Shown here one piece after another: positions 10,376 to 19,823 of a DNA stretch of 64,000 nt. The notes under the pieces are model-generated. The model saw only the letters and a list, made by a program, of their open reading frames with translations, made no database searches and was not told the origin of the DNA. The stretch lies in assembly GCA_021777565.1 (NCBI GenBank), contig JAJYDJ010000002.1:197082-261081 (forward strand), written 5' to 3'. Position 1 is the first letter of the stretch, and every line of letters begins with the position of its first letter. Source of the stretch: a bacterium. GTDB taxonomy: Bacteria; Patescibacteriota; Microgenomatia; Levybacterales; UBA12049. The position numbers and the translations under genes are program-made.

Positions 10376-10414
10376 ACATTCAGTCTCAATTTTCTCGGGA
10401 CTTTTTTAAAGCAT

Positions 10415-11593
10415 ATGGCAACATACGTAAGAACAAAACCACACGTAAATATCGGAACCATTGGTCACGTCGACCATGGTAAGACAACAACAACCGCTGC
10501 TATTTCTGCAGTTCTTGCCAAAAAAGGCATGGCAGAAAAAGTTGGTATTGATAAGATTGACGGAGCCCCAGAAGAAAAGGCTCGTGGTATTACCATTAAC
10601 ATTGCTCATATCGAATACGAAACTGCAAAGCGCCACTATGCACATATTGATGCTCCAGGACACGCAGATTACATCAAGAACATGATTACTGGTGCTGCTC
10701 AGATGGACGGAGCAATCCTCGTTGTTTCAGCTCCAGATGGTCCAATGCCTCAGACTCGTGAACACATTCTTCTTGCTAAGCAAGTTGGCGTTCCAGCAAT
10801 TGTTGTTTACCTCAACAAGTGCGACATGGTTCAAGATGAAGAACTTCTTGACCTCGTTGAAATGGAAGTTCGTGAACTTTTGACCAAATACGGGTTTGAT
10901 GGTGACAATTGCCCAGTGATACGTGGTTCCTCTCTCAAAGCTTTAGAAGGCGATGCACACTATGAAGAACAAATCATGAAACTCATGGATGCATGTGATG
11001 AATACATCCCAGATCCAGTACGCGCAACTGATAAGCCTCTTCTTATGCCTATTGAAGACGTATTCTCTATCAAGGGCCGTGGTACTGTTGTAACTGGAAG
11101 AATTGAGCGCGGAATTGTAAAAGTTGGTGACGAAGTAGAAATCGTCGGTGTTAAACCAACACAGAAGACTGTTGTTACTGGTGTTGAAATGTTTAAGAAA
11201 TCACTTGATCAAGGTGAAGCAGGCGACAACGTAGGTATCTTGATTCGAGGTATTGAAAAGAATCAAGTTGAACGTGGTCAAGTTGTTGCAAAACCAGGTT
11301 CAATTACACCTCACACCAAATTTGAAGCTGAAATCGTTGTTCTTTCAAAAGAAGAAGGCGGACGACATACACCATTCTTTAATGGATATCGTCCACAGTT
11401 CTACATCAGAACAACTGACGTGACTGGTGTCGTAACTCTTCCAGAAGGTACTGAAATGGTTATGCCAGGTGATAACACACACATCACTGCAGAATTGATT
11501 GTACCAATTGCTTTGGAAGAAGGAATGAGATTTGCTATCCGCGAAGGTGGCAAGACCGTCGGAGCAGGAGCAATCACCAAAGTTATTAAATAA
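10415..11593 (+). CDS. tuf: elongation factor Tu
   Basis: [25 protein letters not shown]; full EF-Tu; track start 10313 runs through the promoter, so start set at ATG 10415. Confidence 0.97.
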   Translation: MATYVRTKPHVNIGTIGHVDHGKTTTTAAISAVLAKKGMAEKVGIDKIDGAPEEKARGITINIAHIEYETAKRHYAHIDAPGHADYIKNMITGAAQMDGAILVVSAPDGPMPQTREHILLAKQVGVPAIVVYLNKCDMVQDEELLDLVEMEVRELLTKYGFDGDNCPVIRGSSLKALEGDAHYEEQIMKLMDACDEYIPDPVRATDKPLLMPIEDVFSIKGRGTVVTGRIERGIVKVGDEVEIVGVKPTQKTVVTGVEMFKKSLDQGEAGDNVGILIRGIEKNQVERGQVVAKPGSITPHTKFEAEIVVLSKEEGGRHTPFFNGYRPQFYIRTTDVTGVVTLPEGTEMVMPGDNTHITAELIVPIALEEGMRFAIREGGKTVGAGAITKVIK

Positions 11594-11595
11594 AT

Positions 11596-11651
11596 AAAAT
11601 CTTGAGTAATCAAGATTTTATTTGTATGACCGCCAAAAGGGCGGTTTTTTT
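11596..11651 (+). terminator. tandem hairpins after tuf; the second is a canonical intrinsic terminator
   Basis: AAAATCTTGA-gtaa-TCAAGATTTT (11596-11619); ACCGCC-aaaag-GGCGGT followed by TTTTTT (11629-11651). Confidence 0.7.
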
Positions 11652-11657
11652 GTACTT

Positions 11658-12164
11658 ATGGAAGTTACTATCGCGAATTTACAAGATATTGACAGGATAT
11701 GGGAGATCATCTCTGCGAATGCTCAGTGGTTACTAAATTACAAAGGCCTCTCCCATTGGAGTTCCTATTATACAAAAGACCTGATAGTAGAGGTTTGCAA
11801 GACAAAAACAGTATTTGTTCTGAAAAATGAGCATGGAGTAGTTGGACTTATCGCAATTTCAGATCATATGCCTGACTACTATACTGAACCTAGTAAAGAA
11901 GCGCTTACAAAGCTTATTCCTCCGGTCTTATTCCTTTCAATGCTTGCTGTGGATCCTGCATATCATAGGCATGGATTTGCAAATATACTTCTGGACTTTA
12001 TAGAGAAGTATGCAAAAGACAATAAATACAAGACAGTATGCTTAGATTGTAGAGCTGAGGATACGTCGCTCGTCGCATGGTATCTGAGAAAGCAATTTGG
12101 GATACACAATACTTTTGTGGAAGGTGAAGACGAGACATATCTCATGATGCAAAAAATGATATAA
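11658..12164 (+). CDS. GNAT-family N-acetyltransferase
   Basis: AVDPAYHRHGFANILLDFIE acetyl-CoA binding motif; start set just after the tuf terminator (track 11622 overlaps the hairpin). Confidence 0.7.
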   Translation: MEVTIANLQDIDRIWEIISANAQWLLNYKGLSHWSSYYTKDLIVEVCKTKTVFVLKNEHGVVGLIAISDHMPDYYTEPSKEALTKLIPPVLFLSMLAVDPAYHRHGFANILLDFIEKYAKDNKYKTVCLDCRAEDTSLVAWYLRKQFGIHNTFVEGEDETYLMMQKMI

Positions 12165-12169
12165 GAGGA

Positions 12170-12175
12170 TATACT
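12170..12175 (+). promoter_or_regulatory. -10 box TATACT placed 6 nt upstream of ATG 12182
   Basis: gaTATACTgtcactATG. Confidence 0.45.
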
Positions 12176-12181
12176 GTCACT

Positions 12182-12913
12182 ATGCAAGACGCGTTTGAAA
12201 AAGTATTTAACAACAAAAAAAGAGTCCTTATTGTGACAGCTCACCCTGATGATGCAGAAATTTTCGCCGGGGGAACGATGGCCAGACTTATCGCCTCAGG
12301 TATTCAAGTACGCTCTGTGAAGGTGAGTTCTGGGGAGTGTGGATCACGACAAGAACAGATTACACAGGAAGAGTTGAAAAAAACTCGTGTCCAGGAAGAC
12401 AAAGCTTCGATGAAACTCTTGGGCCTGAAAGATGAAGACACTGTCTATTTAGACTGTGGAGACGGCAAAATCGAAGACAATCTCGATATCATTGGTAAAA
12501 TTGCTTTCCAAATTCGGGAGTTTAAACCTGATCTTATCATTACCCATAACCCTGAAGATGTCATAATTCGTTTTGCAAAAGATGTGAATTGGATTAATCA
12601 CAGGGACCATCGCAATACCGGGATCGTCACGACCTATGCGGCATATCCGTATAGTCGAGATAATCTTTTTTATCCAGAACAGCTCAAAGAAGTATCGCCA
12701 CATATTTGCAGTGAATTCCTTTTCGTAGACTATTACGATCATCCGGATGTGGTAGGTATTGAAGTGACTGATTTTGTTGAAAAAAGAATCCAGGCTCATG
12801 CCTCCCATGCATCACAATACACCGTAGAACATGCCAAAGATTCTGCAGACTTCTTCACCCTTCAACCTGACGGAAAACGATTTGAAACATTCCGCTACGT
12901 GATTGCTGACTAA
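12182..12913 (+). CDS. PIG-L/LmbE-family N-acetylglucosaminyl deacetylase
   Basis: VLIVTAHPDDAEIFAGG signature. Confidence 0.8.
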   Translation: MQDAFEKVFNNKKRVLIVTAHPDDAEIFAGGTMARLIASGIQVRSVKVSSGECGSRQEQITQEELKKTRVQEDKASMKLLGLKDEDTVYLDCGDGKIEDNLDIIGKIAFQIREFKPDLIITHNPEDVIIRFAKDVNWINHRDHRNTGIVTTYAAYPYSRDNLFYPEQLKEVSPHICSEFLFVDYYDHPDVVGIEVTDFVEKRIQAHASHASQYTVEHAKDSADFFTLQPDGKRFETFRYVIAD

Positions 12914-13473
12914 TGTTTACTGATCCCATTTTAATTCAACTTACACAGAAGTATCCTGCACCCACCTTTCAAGATAAATCAGAACGTTTATTTCTTGAGC
13001 TCGTGGAGTCTATTATTTCGCAACAGTTATCGGTGAAAGCATCAAATACGATTTTTGCCCGATTTGAGGCTCTTTTTGACACGCTTACCCCTCAAACACT
13101 TCTTGGGATGAATGATGAAAAGATTCGCGCCTGTGGCGTGTCTTATCAAAAGATAAAATATCTTAAGTCAGTAGCTGATGCATTTATAAACGGTATGATA
13201 CAAATCGATAAATTAAAGTATATGTCTGATGAGGAAGTAATCAGTCTTTTGACACAAATTCATGGGGTAGGCAGATGGACGGCTGAAATGATTTTGATTT
13301 TTACTCTTGCAAGACCTGATATCTTTTCACTCGGGGATCAAGGGCTAAAAAATGCTATTGAGAAACTGTATGGCGTGACTGACCTCAAAGAAATACTTGC
13401 CTTATCTGAGAAGTGGGCGCCATATCGGTCAACTGCCTGTTGGTATCTGTGGAAAAGTCTGGATAATACCTAA
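12913..13473 (+). CDS. HhH-GPD superfamily DNA glycosylase (AlkA/3-methyladenine glycosylase II-like catalytic domain)
   Basis: IHGVGRWTAEMILIF helix-hairpin-helix motif; start overlaps the previous stop (TAATG). Confidence 0.65.
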   Translation: MFTDPILIQLTQKYPAPTFQDKSERLFLELVESIISQQLSVKASNTIFARFEALFDTLTPQTLLGMNDEKIRACGVSYQKIKYLKSVADAFINGMIQIDKLKYMSDEEVISLLTQIHGVGRWTAEMILIFTLARPDIFSLGDQGLKNAIEKLYGVTDLKEILALSEKWAPYRSTACWYLWKSLDNT

Positions 13474-13474
13474 C

Positions 13475-13978
13475 TTACTGATCTCTTCGAGTATCCCGGC
13501 CAGGAGTTGATAGCTCAAGGCCAATCCGTAATAGTCTTTCGACGTCATCTGCTGGAGGATCATCTCTCTCCCATGGCTGAGGTACTTTAAACCCCGCAAA
13601 TTGCGCAAGAGTATGGTGGACTGTCTCTGTAGCTTGTGCAAGTGGTATACCTCTTGTTGAGATTTCAGCACCAATGAGGACGATACATGTTGAAAGTTGT
13701 GCACGATGTCTTTCTGACTGTGCGTATAAATGGTGAAGAGGGTCTCTAAAATGTGCGAAAGGAAGTGTTGCGGCCATTATTGCAGATTGAATCTCTGGAT
13801 GTTCTCTCAATAGCTGTTCTTGTCTCTGTTGAAAGAGTGTATAAAATGTTCTCTGCCAATGTGTACTAAACTCGTGAGGTGGTTCAATTAATGCCGCAAA
13901 GAGATTGGCACGGGGAGCCTGCATCATACTCAGAAGCGATGCATCTTGAAGTGAGACTTCTTGCTCAACTTGCGACAT
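13475..13978 (-). CDS. hypothetical protein (His-rich, no confident family)
   Basis: 167-aa ORF convergent with the glycosylase; TATAGT-N7-ATG on minus strand (+13986-13991). Confidence 0.5.
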   Translation of the reverse strand: MSQVEQEVSLQDASLLSMMQAPRANLFAALIEPPHEFSTHWQRTFYTLFQQRQEQLLREHPEIQSAIMAATLPFAHFRDPLHHLYAQSERHRAQLSTCIVLIGAEISTRGIPLAQATETVHHTLAQFAGFKVPQPWERDDPPADDVERLLRIGLELSTPGRDTRRDQ

Positions 13979-13985
13979 GGCTCAC

Positions 13986-13991
13986 ACTATA
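13986..13991 (-). promoter_or_regulatory. -10 box TATAGT (minus strand) 7 nt upstream of ATG 13978
   Basis: minus strand reads aaagcgTATAGTgtgagccATG. Confidence 0.35.
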
Positions 13992-14031
13992 CGCTTTTTG
14001 GGAATAAAGTCAAATAGAGGCTAATAACGCA

Positions 14032-14060
14032 TAGACAAATGTAGGGGGATGGTGTATACT
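14032..14060 (+). promoter_or_regulatory. candidate S10-operon promoter: -35 TAGACA, 17-nt spacer, -10 TATACT (with upstream TG)
   Basis: TAGACAaatgtagggggatggtgTATACT; ~19-nt leader to rpsJ ATG. Confidence 0.45.
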
Positions 14061-14085
14061 ACACGTACCGTTCTTTAAAAGACCT

Positions 14086-14394
14086 ATGCCTAAAGGAAGA
14101 ATTAGAGTTAGATTAAAAGCATATGACGCACGCGTCATTGATTCGTGTTGCCAACAAATTCTTGATACCGCCATCCGCACGGGCGCTAAGGTAGTAGGTC
14201 CTATTCCACTCCCAACTGATCGTTCCCTCTATGTTGTCAACAAAGGTCCATTTATTGATAAAGACGCACGAGACCACTTTGAAATGCGCGTACATAAGCG
14301 CCTTATTGATATCATGAGTCCAACAGATAAGACTATGGATAGTCTTTCTCATTTGGAGCTTCCAGCAGGTGTGGATATTGAAATCCGCATGTAA
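14086..14394 (+). CDS. rpsJ: 30S ribosomal protein S10
   Basis: MPKGRIRVRLKAYDARVID... canonical S10. Confidence 0.96.
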   Translation: MPKGRIRVRLKAYDARVIDSCCQQILDTAIRTGAKVVGPIPLPTDRSLYVVNKGPFIDKDARDHFEMRVHKRLIDIMSPTDKTMDSLSHLELPAGVDIEIRM

Positions 14395-14519
14395 TAATTA
14401 GCCACGTTCTCCCCTTGCGATATTCCCTCCCTTTTGGTACAATCTCAGTACACAAACCATGATGGTACAAACATTTGGTGTGATAACTAAAGGCTAGCTT
14501 CGGATTCTCGCTTGTGTGT

Positions 14520-14541
14520 AGCGGCTCCGGGCCGCTTTTTT
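14520..14541 (+). terminator. terminator-like or attenuator hairpin between rpsJ and rplC
   Basis: AGCGGC-tccgg-GCCGCT followed by TTTTT, then TAATAT-N6-ATG(14553). Confidence 0.5.
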
Positions 14542-14552
14542 AATATATAACT

Positions 14553-15491
14553 ATGAACGCAATATTAGCTAAAAAAATAAAACAATCTCAAGTGTTCTTG
14601 ACTGATGGGACACGGATGCCTGCTACGATCCTTGATGCTACCCCAAATACCGTCTATGCTGTCAAAACCGCAGATCGCGATGGATATGTCGCCATTCAAC
14701 TCGGTTTTGGTATGAAGAAAAATGCAACCAAAGCTGAAATCGGACACGCAAAAGGAGCCAATAAAGAAAAGGCTCCTTCTTTTTTGCGAGAAATTCGTTT
14801 GGAGACAGCTGATGGGATGGAAATTGGTGGCACAGTTAAAGCTGCTGAGGTTTTTGAGGTTGGAGATATCGTCGATGTTCAGGGTTTTTCAAAAGGAAAA
14901 GGATTTGCCGGCGTCGTGAAGCGTTTTCACTTCCGCGGTGGTCCACGAACTCATGGTCAGTCTGATCGTGAAAGAGCGCCTGGATCTATTGGAGCAGGTA
15001 CTACTCCAGGTCGTGTGTATAAAAATAAGCGCATGGCAGGCAAAAAGGGAAATGATTTTGTTACTATCAAAAATTTGATTGTCTTGGCTGTAAGTGAGAA
15101 TGAAATGGTTGTTTCAGGCCTTATCCCTGGGAAATTGACTGGTATGGTCACCGTACTCTCAACTGGGAAGAAAATGAAGAAGTTGGCAGACGTCATTGAC
15201 CCACTGATTGAGCTTCCAAAAGAAGAAGTTGTAGAGACACCAGTAGAAGAGATGGTTGAAGAGGCTCCAGTAGTCGCAGAAACACCATCTGAGGAAGTAC
15301 AAGCCGAAACTGAAAAAGAAAATGCAGAGACAGAAGGGTTTGTCGCAGCAGAAATGAGTGAAGAGCCAATTGAAAATGTAGAGGACTTGAAAAAAGAAGA
15401 ACCAGCAGCAGAGGAAGAAGCACCTGTTGCAGAAGAAGTAAAGCCTGCCGACGTTGAAAACTCTGGCGAGGCGAAGGAGGAGGAAAAATAA
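14553..15491 (+). CDS. rplC: 50S ribosomal protein L3 with ~100-aa acidic (E/A/V/P-rich) C-terminal extension
   Basis: Canonical L3 to ~aa 210, then EEVVETPVEEMVEEAPVVAETPSEEVQAETEKE...EAKEEEK. Confidence 0.93.
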   Translation: MNAILAKKIKQSQVFLTDGTRMPATILDATPNTVYAVKTADRDGYVAIQLGFGMKKNATKAEIGHAKGANKEKAPSFLREIRLETADGMEIGGTVKAAEVFEVGDIVDVQGFSKGKGFAGVVKRFHFRGGPRTHGQSDRERAPGSIGAGTTPGRVYKNKRMAGKKGNDFVTIKNLIVLAVSENEMVVSGLIPGKLTGMVTVLSTGKKMKKLADVIDPLIELPKEEVVETPVEEMVEEAPVVAETPSEEVQAETEKENAETEGFVAAEMSEEPIENVEDLKKEEPAAEEEAPVAEEVKPADVENSGEAKEEEK

Positions 15492-15494
15492 ACC

Positions 15495-16292
15495 ATGCCT
15501 AAAGTCGCAAAAACAGCTGAAAAAGCACCAAAAACAGTAAAAGCTACTAAAAGTACTGCTGTTAAAAAAGCAGTAGCAGAAGAAGTTGTAAAGGAGGCTG
15601 TGGTAACAGAGTCAGTAAAACCTATGAAAGAAAAGAAAACAATAACGTTAAATAAAGGGTTGAAAGCACCAGTTTTTGATATCAAGGGTAGTGAAGTTGA
15701 AACAACGGAGCTTCCAAAGGAATTATTTGCTGGCAAGGAAAACCCAACATTGGTCGCACAAGCAGTTCGCGTATATCTTGCCAACCAGCGCCAAGGGAAC
15801 GCATCGACCAAGACTCGAGGAGAGGTAACAGGGTCAACAAAGAAGATTTATCAGCAAAAGCATACTGGACGTGCTCGTCACGGTGGTAAGCGTGCTCCAA
15901 TCTTTGTTCATGGAGGTATCGCTCATGGTCCAAAACCACGAGATTACTCTTTGAAGCTTCCTGAAAAGATGAAGAAGGCAGCACTTGTTGCCGCACTTAC
16001 AGGGCGCGTTGCAGACGGTAGTTATGCTTTGGTTAAAGACCTCTTTAGTATGGAGACCAAGACAAAAGTAGCAGATGCATTTTTGACCAAGCTTGGCATG
16101 ACAGAAAAGCGCAGTCTATTGGTTGTTACCGGCTCAGATAACAAAGACGTTGTACGCTCACTTCGAAATCTGACAGGTGTGCAAGTGACCAGTGCAAGTC
16201 GTCTTACAACTTATGAAGTATTGGCCAAAAAATATGTACTCTTTATGAGTGAGGCATTACCAGTGCTTCAAGAAAGGGTAAAGGCAAAATAA
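15495..16292 (+). CDS. rplD: 50S ribosomal protein L4 with ~45-aa Lys/Ala/Thr-rich N-terminal extension
   Basis: MPKVAKTAEKAPKTVKATKSTAVKKAVAEE... then canonical L4. Confidence 0.93.
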   Translation: MPKVAKTAEKAPKTVKATKSTAVKKAVAEEVVKEAVVTESVKPMKEKKTITLNKGLKAPVFDIKGSEVETTELPKELFAGKENPTLVAQAVRVYLANQRQGNASTKTRGEVTGSTKKIYQQKHTGRARHGGKRAPIFVHGGIAHGPKPRDYSLKLPEKMKKAALVAALTGRVADGSYALVKDLFSMETKTKVADAFLTKLGMTEKRSLLVVTGSDNKDVVRSLRNLTGVQVTSASRLTTYEVLAKKYVLFMSEALPVLQERVKAK

Positions 16293-16293
16293 T

Positions 16294-16581
16294 ATGAACG
16301 TACTTATCAAACCAGTCATCACAGAAAAATCATTGATGGAAGCAGCAAAAAACCGCTTTACCTTTGAGGTAGCATTGAGTGCAACCAAGCCTGAGATTAA
16401 AAGGGTTGTTGAGGACCAGTTTGGCGTACACGTTTTGGGTGTTGCAACTATTATTACTCACGGGAAGACTATTCGTACCGGCAAAAACCGCCGAGAGTCA
16501 TTCCAAAAGGAAGTAAAAAAAGCTATTGTGACCCTCAAAGCAGGCGAAACCATCAGCTACTTTGAGCAGAAGGGTGAGTAA
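16294..16581 (+). CDS. rplW: 50S ribosomal protein L23
   Basis: MNVLIKPVITEKSLMEAAKNRFTFEV. Confidence 0.95.
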   Translation: MNVLIKPVITEKSLMEAAKNRFTFEVALSATKPEIKRVVEDQFGVHVLGVATIITHGKTIRTGKNRRESFQKEVKKAIVTLKAGETISYFEQKGE

Positions 16582-16590
16582 TGGTATAAT
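16582..16590 (+). promoter_or_regulatory. perfect extended -10 TGGTATAAT 5 nt upstream of rplB ATG 16596 (possible internal promoter)
   Basis: gagtaaTGGTATAATtgcatATG. Confidence 0.35.
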
Positions 16591-17333
16591 TGCATATGAA
16601 AAAACTCTTAGTAATTCGAAAAAAACACGGCGGGCGAGATACACAAGGAAGAGTAGCAGTTCGTCACCGAGGTGGAGAGCACAAGCGTTTTATCCGCTTG
16701 GTTGATTTTCGCCGAAATAAATCTTTAACAGGAACAATAGAAAGTATCGAGTACGATCCAAATCGTCACTGCAAAATTGCATTGGTGCTCTATCCGGATG
16801 GTGAACGTCGATACATATTATGCCCAGTTGGTCTGGAGATAGGCATGAAAGTTGTCTCAGGTCCAACCGCTGATATCAAGGTCGGGAACGCACTCCCACT
16901 GGAGCGCATTCCTATGGGTACAACAGTTCATAATATTGAACTTACAGCAGGTCGTGGTGGACAAATCGCCCGAGGTGCAGGAGTTGGAGCAACTGTTGGG
17001 TCAATTGAAGGGAATTTTATTCAGATCAAGTTGCCATCTGGAGAAGTTCGTAAAGTTGTTAAGAATTGTATGGCAACCATCGGCCAAGTCGGCAATGTCG
17101 GCTGGAAAGATGAAGTTATTGGTAAAGCAGGTCGTAAGCGTCATATGGGGATTCGACCAACAGTTCGTGGAGTTGCACAAAATCCACGATCACATCCACA
17201 CGGAGGTGGAGAAGGTCGAAGTGGTATCGGTATGCCTACACCAAAAACCTTTGCAGGACGCAATGCTGTTGGAAAGACACGACGACCAAAGAAGTATTCA
17301 AATAAGTTTATTGTGCAAAGGAGAAAGAAATAA
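16590..17333 (+). CDS. rplB: 50S ribosomal protein L2, N-terminally short (lacks ~25-30 aa present in typical bacterial L2)
   Basis: Begins (TTG 16590 or ATG 16596) ...[30 protein letters not shown]; canonical thereafter. Confidence 0.92.
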   Translation: MHMKKLLVIRKKHGGRDTQGRVAVRHRGGEHKRFIRLVDFRRNKSLTGTIESIEYDPNRHCKIALVLYPDGERRYILCPVGLEIGMKVVSGPTADIKVGNALPLERIPMGTTVHNIELTAGRGGQIARGAGVGATVGSIEGNFIQIKLPSGEVRKVVKNCMATIGQVGNVGWKDEVIGKAGRKRHMGIRPTVRGVAQNPRSHPHGGGEGRSGIGMPTPKTFAGRNAVGKTRRPKKYSNKFIVQRRKK

Positions 17334-17335
17334 AT

Positions 17336-17620
17336 ATGAGTAGATCACTGAAAAAAGGACCATACATTGACGAGCGCGTGATGAAAAAAGTCATGACTCA
17401 GAAAGCAAGTGGCGATCACGGCCAGATAAAAACTTGGTCTCGTGCATGCCAAATTGCTCCTGAATTCGTTGGACACACCTTTGGTGTATATAACGGCCAT
17501 GTTTTTGTGAACGTATTCGTGACTGAATCTATGGTAGGACATCGTTTGGGTGAATTTTCACCAACACGTACCTTTAGATCACATGGACGTGTCGTCTCAC
17601 GTGAGATCTCAAAGACATAA
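17336..17620 (+). CDS. rpsS: 30S ribosomal protein S19
   Basis: [19 protein letters not shown]. Confidence 0.96.
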   Translation: MSRSLKKGPYIDERVMKKVMTQKASGDHGQIKTWSRACQIAPEFVGHTFGVYNGHVFVNVFVTESMVGHRLGEFSPTRTFRSHGRVVSREISKT

Positions 17621-17625
17621 CATAT

Positions 17626-17949
17626 ATGAAAGCAATAGTACGAAACTTACAAGTAAGCCCACGCAAAGTCAGATTGGTTGCTGACAGTATCCGTGGTATG
17701 AATGCAGAAAAGGCACTGCGCCAGCTGACTCTCATTGAGAAGCATGCTAGTGAGCCGCTCACAAAAGTTATTAAGAGTGCTGTGGCTAACTCAGGCAAAG
17801 ACGCCCGAAGTCTCATGATCGAGACATTGGTTGTGAATGAAGGCATTTCTTTGAAACGTTTTCATCAAGCAACACGAGGTCGAATTGAGCCATTTCAAAA
17901 GCGTCGTAGTCACGTCAGTGTGATATTAAAGGAGGTAACCAATGGGTAA
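17626..17949 (+). CDS. rplV: 50S ribosomal protein L22
   Basis: MKAIVRNLQVSPRKVRLVADSIRG. Confidence 0.95.
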   Translation: MKAIVRNLQVSPRKVRLVADSIRGMNAEKALRQLTLIEKHASEPLTKVIKSAVANSGKDARSLMIETLVVNEGISLKRFHQATRGRIEPFQKRRSHVSVILKEVTNG

Positions 17950-18592
17950 GAAAGTAAATCCAACAGTATTGCGTTTAGGTACAATCTTTAATTGGCAAAG
18001 TCGATGGTTTGCTGGGAAAGATTACAAGACTATCCTCAAGCAGGATTTTGCCCTTCGTGATTCACTCATGAAGAAGCTTGCTCATGCTGGGATTGCACGA
18101 GTCGAAATTGAGCGTTCTATTAACAGTATTCGCATCATTTTGCATGTTGCTAAGCCAGGTATGGTGATCGGACGAGGCGGAAGTGGATTGGAAGATCTGA
18201 AAAAATTTATTACTGATATTCTTTCTGAAAAAGGGAAAATCGCAACAAAGAGTCTTCCTCGTGTAGATACTCGTGTTGAGGCTGTGAAAGAGCCAAATCT
18301 TGATGCCTATCTGGTAGCCAAGAATATCTCTGATCAGTTGGTAAAGCGCTTACCATTTAAGAGAGTCTTAAACCAGAATGCAGAACGTGTTATGGGTAGT
18401 GGAGCAAAGGGTGTTAAAATTTTAATCACCGGTCGTGTCGCAGGGTCAGATATCGCACGCCGAGAGAAGATTTCACTAGGTACTGTACCACTCTCAACGA
18501 TTCGCGAAGAGATTTTATATGCAACCTGTCCTGCACTTACTCAAAAAGGATACATTGGGGTAAAAGTGTGGATTAACTTAGGAGAGAAATAA
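17942..18592 (+). CDS. rpsC: 30S ribosomal protein S3
   Basis: [24 protein letters not shown]; KH domain; AAGGAGGT SD. Confidence 0.96.
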   Translation: MGKKVNPTVLRLGTIFNWQSRWFAGKDYKTILKQDFALRDSLMKKLAHAGIARVEIERSINSIRIILHVAKPGMVIGRGGSGLEDLKKFITDILSEKGKIATKSLPRVDTRVEAVKEPNLDAYLVAKNISDQLVKRLPFKRVLNQNAERVMGSGAKGVKILITGRVAGSDIARREKISLGTVPLSTIREEILYATCPALTQKGYIGVKVWINLGEK

Positions 18593-18593
18593 T

Positions 18594-19010
18594 ATGTTGT
18601 TAGCACCAAGAAGAACAAAATACCGAAAACAGATGAGAGGCACCATGAAAGGTGTGGCTCACTCTGGGACGACCCTTGCATTTGGGGACTATGGATTAGT
18701 GTCTGATGAGACGTCATGGGTTACGAGTCGACAGATTGAGGCAGCACGACGTGCTATCACCCATTACATTGCTCGAGGTGGTCGTGTATGGATCAGAATT
18801 TTTCCTGATAAACCAATCACGAAGAAACCACCAGAAGTCCGCATGGGGTCTGGAAAAGGTGATATTTTTGCCTACGTTGCATGTGTCAAACCAGGTCGTG
18901 TGATGTTTGAAATGGCAGGCGTGAATCGTGAAATGGCAAAGGAAGCTCTCAGGCTTGCTATGCACAAATTACCAGTGAAATCGACATTTATTGAGAAGGA
19001 GACTAAATAA
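18594..19010 (+). CDS. rplP: 50S ribosomal protein L16
   Basis: [16 protein letters not shown]. Confidence 0.96.
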   Translation: MLLAPRRTKYRKQMRGTMKGVAHSGTTLAFGDYGLVSDETSWVTSRQIEAARRAITHYIARGGRVWIRIFPDKPITKKPPEVRMGSGKGDIFAYVACVKPGRVMFEMAGVNREMAKEALRLAMHKLPVKSTFIEKETK

Positions 19011-19219
19011 TGGCAAAAAAAGCAGAAAAAGTAACAAAAGTAACTGAAAGTCCGTCAGCTGACGGAGCAACAGAGCGCATCATGACGCTCAAAAAAGAGA
19101 TCCAAAAGTTGCGTTTGGAGCTCGTGGCTGGTAAACTCAAAAACACCAGTGAGCTTTCAAAGAAGCGAAAGGAGATTGCACGTTTGTTAACAGCAGCGTC
19201 AGCAAAAAAATATGAGTAA
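19010..19219 (+). CDS. rpmC: 50S ribosomal protein L29
   Basis: 69 aa; ...LKKEIQKLRLELVAGKLKN. Confidence 0.9.
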   Translation: MAKKAEKVTKVTESPSADGATERIMTLKKEIQKLRLELVAGKLKNTSELSKKRKEIARLLTAASAKKYE

Positions 19220-19445
19220 AGTATTAAGAGGAAAAGTCGTAGCAGCAAAACAGGATAAAACCGCAGTGGTTGAAGTCCTTCGTCGTGTCGCTCATCCATT
19301 GTACAAGAGATTGATGCGTAAAACCAAAAGATATCAAGTTGATACCAATGGAAAAGAAGTAAAAGAAGGGATGGAAGTACGTATTGTTGAAACAGCGAAA
19401 ATGTCCAAAAACAAGTATTTTAAGATTGAGGAGGTAATCGCCTAA
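19212..19445 (+). CDS. rpsQ: 30S ribosomal protein S17
   Basis: LRGKVVAAKQDKTAVVEV. Confidence 0.93.
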   Translation: MSKVLRGKVVAAKQDKTAVVEVLRRVAHPLYKRLMRKTKRYQVDTNGKEVKEGMEVRIVETAKMSKNKYFKIEEVIA

Positions 19446-19446
19446 T

Positions 19447-19821
19447 ATGATTCAGCTAAGAAGTATGGTTCGCTCTGCCGATAACAGTGGAGCAAAAGTA
19501 TTACAAGTGATTCACGTCTATGGTGGATCTAAGCGAAAGTTTGGATTCGTCGGAGATGTTGTGAATTGTGTGGTAAAAAAAGCACTGCCAACAGGTACTG
19601 TGAAGACCAGTGAAATGGTAAAAGCAGTCTTGGTGAGAGCACGTAAAGAAACACGACGTAAAGATGGATCATATGTACGGTTCTCAGAAAATGCCGTAGT
19701 TGTCATTAAAGACATGAAGAATAAAGAACCAGTTGGTACTCGTATTTTTGGCCCAATTGCACGTGAGGTTCGTGATAGAGGATATATGAAAATCGTTAGT
19801 ATGGCACCGGAGGTAGTATAA
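19447..19821 (+). CDS. rplN: 50S ribosomal protein L14
   Basis: MIQLRSMVRSADNSGAK. Confidence 0.96.
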   Translation: MIQLRSMVRSADNSGAKVLQVIHVYGGSKRKFGFVGDVVNCVVKKALPTGTVKTSEMVKAVLVRARKETRRKDGSYVRFSENAVVVIKDMKNKEPVGTRIFGPIAREVRDRGYMKIVSMAPEVV

Positions 19822-19823
19822 GT

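Noticed and set aside
10313-10414. Longer ORF-track N-terminal extension of tuf ([11 protein letters not shown]...). The same issue applies to serS 48508, rplR 21753, rplO 22568, secY 23058, rpsZ 20646, infA 25766, NUDIX 55471, VOC 45813, MFS 48590, and MTase 10320.
   Set aside because: The extensions run through promoters, terminators or upstream genes. The conserved protein N-termini begin at the internal ATGs used in the feature list.
14957-15811. 284-aa antisense ORF across the rplC/rplD junction
   Set aside because: It is the reverse-complement mirror of the E/K-rich low-complexity tails, giving an S/F/T-rich product inside highly conserved ribosomal genes.
16852-17343. 163-aa ORF in an alternative frame inside rplB
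   Set aside because: It fully overlaps the conserved L2 reading frame.
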